A stretch of DNA of 64,000 nt. Source: Rhina ancylostomus. Lineage: Eukaryota. The notes under the pieces are model-generated. The model worked only from the letters and a program-made list of their open reading frames with translations. It ran no database searches and was not told the origin of the DNA. A program made the position numbers and the translations under genes. Positions 15,681 through 28,734 of this stretch are shown piece by piece (position 1 is the stretch's first letter; each line of letters begins with the position of its first letter). The DNA is taken from assembly GCA_030265395.1 (NCBI GenBank), contig JARFYF010000051.1:18705824-18769823 (forward strand), read 5' to 3'.

Positions 15681-17959
15681 AAAGAAAACCTCAGCTTTCA
15701 ACATGTCAAACTTTTGCAGATCTCATAGACCTTTATTATCCTGCCCAAACAAACCCCAATAAGTTCTGTGTAATCTTTTGACAAGAAAGTGTGAAAAGCC
15801 AGCTATCAGACTGTACTATAAAATTATTTTGTACTAAACCTCAAAGAATGATGAGGGGTCAGTGAGTTTTTGCTTTCTGGGTTGATGTGAACTTATCCAT
15901 GAAATATCTGGTAATGCAATGTTTTTCAGTGGTCAGCCACATAACCTTGTTACTGTAATGTGTTCACTGAAATTAACTAAAATCATCTGGTGTTTTCCTC
16001 ACCTGTGGGTAACAAAAGAATAAAATAAATGTATCAGAACTTATTCTGGAAATATGAAAGTGCCTTGCATGTGTTTCAGCAACAAAATAGGCTGATAGTA
16101 ACCCAAAATGGCAGCTGGTGCAAGCTTATTTTGTAATAGACTTTTGCTGCCTGCCGAACTATAGTAAAGGCAGAAAAAAAGCTGTCTGTGGATATTGCCT
16201 AAACAGGTGTCAGACCTTTTCCATGGTAAAATAAATGGTAGTGTACCAATTCAATTAGTGCAGAACTTTGGGCAGCCGTGTTTAGAAGAGATAATCAGAG
16301 TTATAGAACACAGAAACAAGATCCTTCACCCCACCATATCCATGCCAACTAGCTAACCTGTTCCTCAATCCCTTTACGATCAACAACAAATGTCCCAATT
16401 TACAGCCTCTCTCCTGCCACCTCCATCCCTCTTATAATCAATTCCTTCCTTTTCCAGGAACTATTTGACAGTTACTGAGCACCATGCAGTGACTCAGTTA
16501 GAATCCACTTCAGTGGTGAGCTGTTGGCTTATATTTGAAACTTGTAAATGTTGCCCGAGACCTGAATTAACTTGTGGTATACTCAGTCAGGTAGAGGAGT
16601 TGTTAGTCTCTGAACATTCGACTCATATCAGTTTCAAGACCATTCATGCTCGACATACATGTTATAGCATCAGTTGTGCTTTGCATGCCACATTTGGCTA
16701 CATTGGATTTCAGAAATGGAACAATGGAAAGATAGCAAATCAAGTCATTAAAAATACTCAGGATATACTGTATGGTCTTTGCAAACATTTATTTCCTTGA
16801 TTCATAAAAAGAGGCATGACACCAGGAATGTTCGTTAGCCCAGCATTTGTGAAGGGAAAATGTTCAAAAATAACTTAGAGGTCATCTTAATTCCACAGAG
16901 GCTGAAGAAGTAGTTGGCCAGGATTTAGCAACAGTAGGTCATTCATCAGTAATCCATTGAAGTTCTTAGGAGGTGACTAAACTGGTGGGCCAAGGTTGTA
17001 AGTAAAATTAATGTGGACTCTTTAAAAAGTCATTTGGTGCAATGATATATGAGAGACTTGGAGAAACTTGCTATGAATACAGTTAACAACCAAAGAGCTG
17101 GTTCTCTGCAGCTTCTACTCTGATCTTCATACACATACCCTGATGTCATGGGCTGCTTCCTTTAAAGAGCTAGACTTGTCTTGAACATTCCCACTAATTA
17201 TTGGAAAGCCTGTAGTAAAGCAGTTAGTATGATAGGGCTGCAAGAACAGCAAAGGGAAGCTGAATAGACTCAGTCTGTGTTCACCTGGGCTCTTCTAAAC
17301 AAGCCTGACTGCTGAGGGTAACATTAATGTGTCTGTAGATCAGATTTTTTTCTTGAGGAACCAATTGATATTTAGAACAAGACCTTTGGCAAATGCAGTT
17401 GATGCTGTTTTATGAAATTAAGACTTGATTAATGCTTTAGATATTGAGTTTGTAAAATGCAGGTAATCAAATACACTTAAAACATTTTGATTGTTGAGAT
17501 ATGGAGCAATGATGATGCTGCATCATAAAAACTGACTGATACAAAATGGAGACACGAGACTGCAGATGCTGGAATCTGGGGTAACAAACAATCTGATCCA
17601 ATTGTATGTTTTATATTAGAATGTCACTTGACTCCCTTTGATTAAATATTGACTAGAGTCTTCAATATTCCAACTGTACATTGCTATAGGACTAGGTTTT
17701 CTATGAAGGGGACCATTGCTTTCTGCATATATATCCACAGAAACTTCAGTGTCACTGTAATTCACTCAATATTACTTCGAGAAGAAAATGGAATTGGATC
17801 TGAAATTATTATCTTGAGAGTAGATACATGTATGAGCCGTCTTGTAGATTACAATGAATGAAAGGTGAGGTAATTTTGGAGGCCTAATAAGGGTAGAACA
17901 TTCCCCAGAGCCCTACCTTTATGGTGTATGTTGAGAAATGGAGGGATAAGTCTATGATC

Positions 17960-18630
17960 CCTAAAAATTTCAGTACAGGCAGGGGATCTGTAGACTTGTG
18001 ATGAAGGCATAGGGGATACTGGGCTTCATTAGCTGTGAGAGAGAATATAAAGAGCATGGAGGTCACCATACAATTTAATGAAACATTGGTTAGGCCACAG
18101 CTAGAGTATTGGTCTGACACAATGGGAACAGCACGATTGTATTGGAAAGGGTGCAGAGGAGACTTACTAGTATGTTGCCTGGGATGAGATGTTTCAGTTA
18201 TGAGGAGACATTGGATAGGCTGGGTTTGTTTTACTTTAAGTAGAAGAGGCTGGGGGGGAGCCGGCTGGAGGTATACAAAATAATGAGGGGCATAGGTAAG
18301 GTGGATAATGAAATGTTTTCCCTTATAAGCAAGATATCTAAAACCAGAGGGCATGGATTTAATGTGAGGAGTAAGAGGGTTAGAAGAAATTGGGGACTTT
18401 TTTCCACCCAGAGGGTGGTTGCAATCCAGAATGCATTACCTGAGAAGGTGGTGGAGGCAGGTACTCTCACAACATTTAAAAAGCATCTGCACAAGCATTT
18501 GATTTGCCATGCCATGGAAAGCTACACATCTAATGCTGGTAAATAGCATTAGTGTGGATGAGTACTTGTTGGTTGGCAATGTACATGATGGTCTAAAGGA
18601 CCTGTTTCTGTGCTGTATGACTGATTCTGA
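17960..18630 (+). mobile_element. CR1-like LINE 3' end
   Basis: LVRPQLEY remnant and peptide MRGIGKVD...KTRGHGFNVR...FSTQRVVAIQNALPEKVVEAGTLTTFKKHL. Tail cctgtttctgtgctgtatgact. Confidence 0.85.
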
Positions 18631-19308
18631 AATAGTTTTGAACAAAAGTGATGAATAGCTTTTTAGAAAAAGATGTGACCTCTGTAAGTGGTTTTAAAAA
18701 TTGGTTTCAGCTGAATATGTGAGAATGTTTTTCATCTCTACATTGCGCTTTGGATATACATTCTTCAAAGAGTGGTTAAACTACTCTGTACTCAAGCATT
18801 TTACTTCTAAGTGTAAAAGAGCAGTGAGACAATCCTTAATGCTAATTTAAGTGAGTTAGATGGAGAAGCAAGTATGGTGTAGAAAAGGGTAATTAAAGGG
18901 TATTAATGCTCAATTTTCCATAAAAGTATTGTCATAACAGTCAAGTTGACTTCAGGAAAACCAGCTGAAGAGCTTGGTTGATGGTGCACCCATTCCTTTT
19001 GTATCAAAGCAGAAGTTGAGCACCCTATAAAGGCCTTATTATTTTCTATCTTAGTTAATAAGTTGTGACATGAAATTCCACTTATATTTTACTTGTGCTA
19101 GNNNNNNNNNNNNNNNNNNNNNNNNNNNNNNNNNNNNNNNNNNNNNNNNNNNNNNNNNNNNNNNNNNNNNNNNNNNNNNNNNNNNNNNNNNNNNNNNNNN
19201 NAGCTTATGGAAACTGCCTACATGTTGTAAGCAAAACCAAGACATTTTATTCTTTAGGATTTGTTCTTTCCCCTAAGTGATTTTTAATAAACTCGTCAGT
19301 TTTACTGA

Positions 19309-19515
<207 letters not shown>

Positions 19516-21184
19516 CAGCATTCACCAACTTTCTTCAGAGAGATGACGATGTTTATCACAGACCCAGCAAAGTGGCAAGCTCTCAAGCATCAGGGGTGTC
19601 AATCCAAGCCTCCAAGATCAGGCCATTTTTCACTCAAGTACGGTTAATGTTTGAACTTTTGCTTTTGTGCACTGTGTTTTTGGGAAGGGTAGTTTTTGTC
19701 TTTAGCAAGAGGTAGCTGACTCTGCTGAAAACACTTAACATGTCTTGATGCTTTGTTTCTTGTGTCGCCTGACCATCTCGTGTTAAATTTCCTAACTGAA
19801 GGTAATAAGAATTTTTTTTCATGCGTTTGGATATTTTTTGTACTTATTTATGAAAATTGTTTTAGCTGATGAGTATTAATATTGAATGACAAGGTAAAGG
19901 TGAGATGCTACTATATAAGATAAGGAAGTAGCTGAGATATTGCAAAGAGCTGTACAATTGTATCCAATAGGAAAGCATTATTCTTGTAAAATCTGTAGAT
20001 TTTCCTGTAAAGTATCTTTCCATATAATACAGAAATGGGATTTAACCTATAATATTTTCATGAATGCCTTGTGCTGAGAGAATGCATGTTTTGGAGCTTA
20101 TTTACTTACAAATGAGGCTGTATAAATTTTACATTTGTTGGCTCTAGAGTTAAATATTGTGTTGCTGGGTACTGTGTGTTCATTAATGCCTTCTAATTTT
20201 ACAATCCCACCATATTTTCAAAAATACATTAGTCCTATTACAGTCCTTCAAAGGAGACAAATTGCTTGGTTGCATTGCCTGTATTGTCACTGCAATAATC
20301 CCTTAATTATCTGTCATTATTTAAGAATCCCAGAAGAATGGGTCCTCCACAAAGTTTTGCCTTTTTTATTTAATTTCTTACTGTGCTTCCGCATTGTAAG
20401 GTATATATACAAGGAAAAGATTTGTGATCTCCTGTACTAAAGCTGCAAAAGGAACTAAAAGGAAAACATGATTTTTCTATGTGCAGATTAATATTTTGTC
20501 ACAAAAATTGTTAAAATGTTTTGCTGTCAATACAGAAATGATACTAATTGATATGAAAATAAAAGTGAACATGTTTAAACTTGGTTAAAATAACTTGCTG
20601 TATAGCAAACCCTACAGATTTGCATAAAAGGAAAGTTGATCTTGGTCTGTTTACAGCTTTGCTTTCTCAGCATCAGACAGTGGCACAACAAATTGCACTG
20701 GTCTTTGTAGCTTTTTCAGGGATTAACAATGTAAATAGGGATTTTTTTAAAATCATCCATAGAAGCATTGAATTCTTCAAATGTTAGTTTTAAGTATTTG
20801 AGTTGCTGTGTGTAATGAAAGATTTATTAGATAGCAAATGTGATGGTCAAATGCAATTCTGGCATGTTTTCTCATCAGTAGTGAGATTTTCTACTTGTCG
20901 GGTCTTCAAGTGTGCACTAACCTCTAAACAGTCAATGATGTGAAAGTAAACTGACTAGTTTTATTCCAATTGTCCACTTTAATTATGGTGCCACTATTTC
21001 TAAATCTACCAGTTGCTGGTTTATCCATCTGCCTTTGCAATAACTAGATTGTGGATAAATAATTCCGGTATTGTAACAATAGCAATTGTTTGAGGTGCTT
21101 GTGACTGTCTAATTAAACTGTTTTGTTTCCACAAGTTGTGTTGCTCATTGGAATGGCAATGCCAAGATAACTTATAATAATAAA
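19516..21184 (+). other. SRPK2: Probable SRPK2 3' UTR with candidate poly(A) signals
   Basis: Repeat-free AT-rich sequence after the stop. AATAAA at 20558-20563, ATTAAA at 21112-21117 followed by a GT/T-rich tract, AATAAA at 21179-21184. The true end is not determinable. Confidence 0.6.
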
Positions 21185-22239
21185 TTATTTAGTTGCACAT
21201 AGAATGTTATATGTATTATTCTGGAATAATATTTAAATGCAAAATGTATACAGCCTTGTTGACATTCAAACTAATATTGGCTTCATTTGGTTTGTCTCAA
21301 GTAATTACCTCATCATCCAAAAGCAAAATACACATTTGGAAATAAGTCTGTTGTTTTATAATTTTTCACTTTCTTCTGTAATTACAGCCTCATTTGTTTT
21401 TTTTCCATTTTTATTATTGTCATTAGCATAGGCTCTTTGGCAGCTCGCTTCACAGTTTGTAATATGGTGTTTCTGGGCTTCTGATGACCTGTTCCCTGCT
21501 CTTGGTTAAGAAGGCAGGCATTGTTTAACTTGACAGAGTAAGCTGAAATTTCTTCAGGTATTCCATGTCTTCCAAAGTTGTTACTGGACTTCTGGGTTAC
21601 TATTTAATGAACCACTATTTCCCCAAGCATTGTCCTTACCTTCCTGGTTGCTGCCCTAACCTAAACCAGACTTTGCAGTTTTGGTGACCTTCTGATGCTA
21701 TATTTTTATATGACCCACTTATCTGCAATTTCATCCTGATTTACCACAAACCCTTTCATATCTTGGTCAATTACAAACTTGATTATTTTAATCTTGCTCT
21801 CACTGGCTTGCCATCATCATAAAATGAGCATGGGAAGCCAGTGAGAGGAGGATTAAAATACCTCCATTTAATTAACACAAGCCCAAACCCTTCTTGTTCA
21901 TCACTGCTTGATGTCCTAACCTAAATTTTGTTTACCAGCATCTTGGGAGTTAGAACTTTCATGCTTTATGTTCTTTGGTATCTGCTCCCTCATACACATT
22001 TTGAAACAAGCAGCAGGTTGGTTCAAAACTGCAAAACACTTTCAAAAAAGCAAAAACTGCAGATGCTTTTTAAACAGATGTCTTTCTTTGAAATACCAGC
22101 AGGTTAGGTAACAGCTGTAGAAAAGAGAGCTAAGAATGAGATCAAGTTAACATTTCAGAGATGACACAGCTTCTTTCTTCTCTCTACTTGTTATTGGGTT
22201 TGCTCAATTTTAGGAATACAATACTAATATTATGCATTG

Positions 22240-22392
22240 ACAATAGACAATAGGAGCAGAAGTAGACCATTCGGCCCTTCGAGTCTGCACCGCCATTTTG
22301 AGATCATGGCTGATGCTCAACAATCAATATCCTGTTCCTGCCTTGTCCCCATATCCCTTGATTCCCCTATCTATAAGAAACCTATCTAGCTC
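22240..22392 (-). mobile_element. CR1-like LINE 3' terminus running into a gap
   Basis: Minus-strand peptide ELDRFLIDRGIKGYGDKAG. Begins with a (caataga)n tail. Retained CpGs suggest a younger copy. Confidence 0.75.
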
Positions 22393-23289
22393 NNNNNNNN
22401 NNNNNNNNNNNNNNNNNNNNNNNNNNNNNNNNNNNNNNNNNNNNNNNNNNNNNNNNNNNNNNNNNNNNNNNNNNNNNNNNNNNNNNNNNNNNCCCTTATC
22501 GAGTACCATTGCTTTTTTATTATTCCATTAAAATAAGTTCATTTAACCATGGAAACTGCATTATCAGAATTTTATACTGATGGAACAAAAACTTTTCAGT
22601 GACGTACACTCTTGGTTGGACTTTGCTTGGTAAGACTGGAAGAAATTGAGCTAATTCTATTTTTGGAACAGCCAGTTATCTAACAGAATGTTCTGAGGAT
22701 CTTAGGAAAGTATCACATTAGCATATTAAGATCTGCCTGGCCCCTCTCTCATTCTACCTTTCGTAAACTTGGCCATCCAAAATTCTGCTGCTTGTGTCCA
22801 TTCTCACATGAAGTCCCATTCACCTTTCTTTATTGCTTAATCAAGAACCATGAGCCAGCAATCTTAAAACTTGCATATTTTTATGGTCTTTCATGGCTAT
22901 GTTCCCTCTCTTTCCTGAATCTCTTCTATAATCTTGAGTCTGCTGGGATCATCTGTTTCAGGGGTCTTAAGCATGCCCAAATGTAACTGCTGACCTATAA
23001 GCCCTCCATAAACTGTCTCTCCCTCTTAAACCACCCTTTGATCGACCTTTTGGTCTTGTACCCTATTGACAGTTCAATATGACAAGCATTTTTGTGTCTA
23101 GCATTCTCCTGAAAGTCCCTCAAAATTGCACTGAATTTTGAAGTTGAGTGAATGGATTTAACTACTGTGTGATATAATAGTACTCATTATTGTGCCCTAG
23201 AAGAAAGAGTAAATAGTTTTAATTTTACAAGGGGAAAAGATCCATAAAATGTAATCAGCCTAAAATAAAATCATACAAAGAAAAGGGAG

Positions 23290-24576
23290 GACATTGACAG
23301 TAAGAAAGCAACAGCAGACTGAAAAGGATGTTGGAAAAGCTCAGTCAAGGCAAAAGGTACGAACTGACATTTCAGGTTGAGACCCTTCATCACAACTGAG
23401 CGGGAAGCGGAAAGATTGCCATTATATAGAAGTGTGGGAGTGAGGGGCGTGGGTGAGGCAGAGATTGTTGGGTGGAATAAATTGGAGGGAATGATGGGCA
23501 GATGGAACCAGGTGGGTGGGACAGAGGCTGGAAGGTGATGGGTGGAACTAGATGAGGATGGGATGGTAAAGATGAACAAACAAAAAAAAACTAGGTGCAC
23601 TGGTGAATGTNNNNNNNNNNNNNNNNNNNNNNAGGGAGAAAACACCAGAGGTGTGGATTTTCCAAAATTTAGGTAACCCATTGTTCATGCCATTGGGTTG
23701 TAAGATACTCAAGATATTCTTCCAATTTGCATTTGGCCTCTCCATAGCAACAGAGAAGGCTGAGGCGTGAGTGGGAGGGAGAGTTAAAATGACATTAAAC
23801 TAAAAGCTCGAGGTGGCCATTGCAGATAGAGCATAGGTGATCCACAGAACAATAGCCTAGTCTACATGTCTAGAGAAGCACATTGTGAGCATCCAATGGA
23901 GTAGACTGGGTGGGAAGAGGTATAGATGAATATCTGCCCCACTTGGAAGTGGTAGTGATGGTTAGGATCCTGGATGGTGCTGAGGGAGGTGGTGAAGGTA
24001 CAGGTGTTAAAACATCCTAGAGTTGCAAAGCAAAATACCAGGGGAGTGGGAAGAATGGGTGAACCAGGGAATCATGAAGAGTTAATTCCTGCAGAAGGGG
24101 GAGTGGAATGGGGAGGAGGTAAGGGGAAAGTGGTGGAATCACTTTGGAGCCTGTGGAAATGGCAAAGGATGACATGTTGATTGTGAAGGCTGGTGATTTA
24201 AAAGATGAGGACAAAGCAAACTCTACTATTCTGTCTGAGGGGAAGGGAGAGAGCAGACTTGTAGGATATGAAAGAAATGAACTTACAATGGCTCCATTAA
24301 CTGGCAGAGGGGAAGTCACATTTCCAAAAGTGAGAGTATGTCTCAGAAGCTCTAGAGTAGAAGGCCTCATCTTGAGAACATAAGGTGGAGATGGGGGAAT
24401 TCAGAAAAAAGGATGGCATCTTTATAGGAGGGTGGGAGCTGGTATAATCGAGGTAGCTAAGGGAGGCGGGTCTAAAGATGGCAGTACCAAGTCTGTCTCC
24501 TGTGATGGTGATCCAGAAAAGGAACTTCCAAATCTAGTTATATTTGAAGGCAGAGTACAAGTTAGTAGCAAAGTTG
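23290..24576 (-). mobile_element. Decayed Penelope-like element
   Basis: Minus-strand remnant LQPNGMN resembles the GIY-YIG C-terminal (EEQHLIFRLGTLQPxGMN) region. Purine-rich terminal repeat of the same family as 13690-14240. Confidence 0.6.
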
Positions 24577-27500
24577 NNNNNNNNNNNNNNNNNNNNNNNN
24601 NNNCTACCCCTTCCTCCCTCCCGCTGTACTACTATATACTGCCAAACTTTCCTCAGCCCTAATACAGGATCTCGACCTAAGTGGTTGCCACAGAAAAATC
24701 AAGATTGAGTATAAAAGCAGAAGAGTAAAATGGGAGATGGCATGGAGAACTCATTTGAGATAACAATGGCAATAGAAAAAAAGCAAAAAATCTGTACAGA
24801 TTCTATTTTTGTCTTCATTAGAGAAGGAGATAAAATATAAAGGATCAATCACACTACTGGTGCAGCAACAACACTGGTAAACCATAAATGATATGCAATA
24901 ATAGGAAACATTTAACAGACTGTTCAGAGTGCAGGAAAAAAAAAGTTGGTTTACATTTCCAAAGGATAAAACTTGCTCTCAGCAGATGCAATTTATTTAG
25001 ATTTAAGGGCATTCAATAAGGAACTCCATAAATCACTAATGAATAAGATCAAACAATGTGGAGTCAGGCTACCAGATAGGAGAATGGATAGTTAGTTATG
25101 AAACACCATTCCCACCTTTTTCCATAATAAGGATCGGTGTTCACAGATATACTACAGAAGATGAAATGTTAACTCTGCTTCTTTCTTAACAGACCACACC
25201 TATCCTACAGAATAATTGCATTTGCAGTTTTAGCTTTGGTATTACAGAAAAGGTTGTTTGAAATTCATTTAAATGCTTGAGTTTAGGTCAAAGGTTACCT
25301 GACATATGTAAAATAATCCATAAATGCAACAGGATAGATTGGGGAATAAACAATATGCATATTCTTAACCGTAGGCTACTCAGGATCCTCTATTTTGTTC
25401 CTCTCCTAGATGGTGAAAGTCTCTCCCACAAAGGACAGTGACTGCTGGGCCAAATGAAATTTTCAAAACCGCTAAAGGCAATGAAACTCTATAAATGATA
25501 CTTGATAAAACAGAACTATTCTGAGAGATAAATAATAGCTAAGGCAAAGGAATAAAAGAAAATGTACACTATAAGCAAGATTTGAATACATTACTAGTGA
25601 CTCTTGTGGCAAGTCAGAGCATTCCTTACCAGTTAGCATTGGTCTCTTGTTCTTGTTATACTTCTGCCATAGTCTTCATCTAATATTTTGTATGAGTGAC
25701 TTATGACATGCCACCTACATAGGTGCAGCAAATGTGGGAGGATAACAATGATTTTGAACCCCAAAATTTCACCTTTTCAGCACTTGAGGCTGTGGTAGAC
25801 CTACTGATAAGGTTTTACCCAAATTGTGACACTGCAAACAGGCTCTACAGCAAAGAGTTGGATTGTCCAACTCTCTGCTGGTATATCTAGCTTCCAACTT
25901 GGCTCTGACCAGCATTTGAGTGGCATCACAGCCAGTTCTACAGGTTCTGATCTTCCTGTTGGCCACCCAATCCCAGACCCCAAGTTCACTTGTTGCTGCA
26001 GTAGACCCTGCAAACCAAAAAGAGCCCTAGACTGGAGCAACCATTGTGGTGCCTTACAAGATGTGTACCAGGAAGAAAGATATTACTAAGATTAAATCAC
26101 TTGTGCCATATTTCAGGATATGATTTAAATGTTTTTTTGTTAAAAGGTATATTTAAGCTATTTCCAGCATACACACATCCACCAAAACACCTGCCTTTTG
26201 CAAAATAAATTATTTTTCCGGGATTTCTCTTGCATCTTTCGAACTACTACAATCTGTATTAACCTCACCATTCAGCTGAATCAGGAGTTATTTTCCCAGT
26301 AACAGTGACACAAGTTTGAAGATTGACTGTCCACTGTAAAATATTAAAACTTAATTGGTGAATTTACTTTGCATCAAGGCTCAGTCATATAATGTGGAAC
26401 CATAGGTGCCTTAGTACAGATGTGTCCCTAAAATAATTTGCTAAAAGTTGAGGTAGAATATGAAATACCTTGGCAGCTGAATGCCAAGATACCAAAACAG
26501 AATTAATAAAGCAGAGTTTCCAAAAGCAAGATGCAGTATAGAAAGTAAATGATGTCTTTAACCAAAACCGATAAGGTATGTACTTAAAACTTTTTTTAAA
26601 AAAACATACAAAATTCAGCCCATCTTATTCATTTGGAACAATATAATTCTCCTGCATAAAAATACATGCTGCGTACTGTGGAAACTAATACCGTCCTAAA
26701 TGGCAACAACTCGTATTGATAGTGGATGCCTTTCACACGGTTGCAAATTGCTCCTGTGTACTTCTCAAGATGTTATTTCCTTGAGATTAAGAGCCAATAT
26801 TCAATTCATACTCTGGAAAGTACATTGAATATGTTACCTATATGTTTTTTTTTGCCCAAATAAAACCAAACAAAAAAATCTGGACTTGCATTTTCATTGC
26901 ATCTTGCTTAATCCATCTGTATTTCTTAAAAAAAAGATTTCAACCTTTAGTGGTTGTTCAAGACCATGGACATATAACAGCACTTTGAGCTTGTACTCTA
27001 TCCCTCCCCATACACACTCCCACATGCCTGAGCAGCTATTAGCATATGCCTGCAGCTGCTAAGCAATTCTGGTTTGGTTCACTCCTAATATAGTCAAAAT
27101 AATCCTGATTTTAAGCAAAAATGTTTACTTACAATAATACATTTAAATAACTTGTTAATTCTGATGTTCATGGAATATTTCATTTTAATGATTCTTCAAT
27201 TCAGCCTGCAGCCACCTCTATTGAGATGAACTTGCAAATTTTAATCTTTTGAGTGATTTGAAATAGAATTGTTTTAGCATAGATGGAAGATAACCAGTCC
27301 AACAATCCCACGCTGGTTCTATGCAAGAATGCTCTAATCAGTCACATTCTAGTCATCCTGAAATTATACCAATAAATACACTTTCTCTCAAACACACTTC
27401 AAAAATGCCACCCCACCTTTGCCCTTTATATACCCCATTTCACAATAGGATATTTGAAATCTATTTTAACCTGCTGGTAACAAACAGCAAAATGTTCTGC

Positions 27501-27929
27501 ATTTACTTCAACTCACAAAAGCTTGCAATGTAATTCATAGGATCCTTGATGCTGTGAAACAAAAGTGTAAATAAGTAAGTAGACTCATATACATATATAG
27601 ATTCATGTATGCAGGAAAGCAGTTAAAAAGAGTAAACATTTTGACCACTGGATATCTTGTTCATACAAACCTATGTTATTTAGCATTATAACTGACAGCA
27701 CATTACCTTTATTGGAGTATTGTGTTGCCATCTCTTCCCCTATTCATTTGGGTTCACTAAGCAGTGGCAAGATCAAGAACTAAAAGAACGAAGTAGAGTC
27801 GAACAAAAGAAAGAATAAATATTAATCCAGTCCCTTTCTGCGATCCTATAATATTAACTATACATGTTAATAACACAAAATCTTAAGTCCACATTTATAA
27901 TTTGTAAAAAAAAATGCAGTTTACTGTGA

Positions 27930-28734
27930 TTTATTAACATGGATTAAAATGCCCAACCAGTGCTGCAATGTGACAGTATCTTAAAAAATTAAAGTTCTTA
28001 TACTAAGCTCACGAAGAACATACACATTTTTGCAAAGGGACTCAAATGTACAACAGTATTCAAAAATGGGACAGAAGCATTGGCAAGTTTTTTTTACAAT
28101 CAGAGGAAAAAAGTAAATACATAATTATTTACATAACGTCTGAAATTAGAAATAATCTATACATTAAATTACTTTCCTACAAATAACCAATAAAGTAAAA
28201 GAACCACACTGCAATGTCTCAAAACCAATATTGCATTGTTCTGCTAATAGTTTAATAGAATACAAAAAAGTTTTACTACAGAAAGGAATTGAACAAAAAT
28301 AAGTAAATTGCTTGAGTGCCAACACTCCTTAGAAGTGCAGATATATTTAACATACTTGAATAAAAAAATTTATACAAAACATTCAATAAATGCATTTTTA
28401 AATGCAACAATAAAATACTAAATTACAATTTTGAGCCAACCTGTGCACTACAATATCAGGTAGGATGGCTGGAATGTCTACTTACAAAATAAAATTTAAA
28501 ATGTTTTTTGTCCCACTGGCTTCACAAACATATATGTACAACTCCAACAGGAGTAAAATGTTCTTAAGAATCAAAAACAGTTGTGAAAGACAAACAAAGA
28601 TGAGCACTGGTTTTAAGTTTATTACAATGTCTAACTTACAAGTCTTAAGAAGTATCTTTAAAAGATACAGTACATAAAATATTTACATCTTATTTTACAG
28701 AATAATGTTCAAAATGGGTTAACACAGCCCCATT
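27930..28734 (-). other. KMT2E: Probable KMT2E 3' UTR to proximal AATAAA
   Basis: Repeat-free sequence after the stop. Minus-strand AATAAA at 27930-27935 and another at 27708-27713. Confidence 0.6.

Noticed and set aside
25769-26089. Overlapping short ORFs in the intergenic region
   Set aside because: No motif or convincing exon structure. Probably a decayed repeat.
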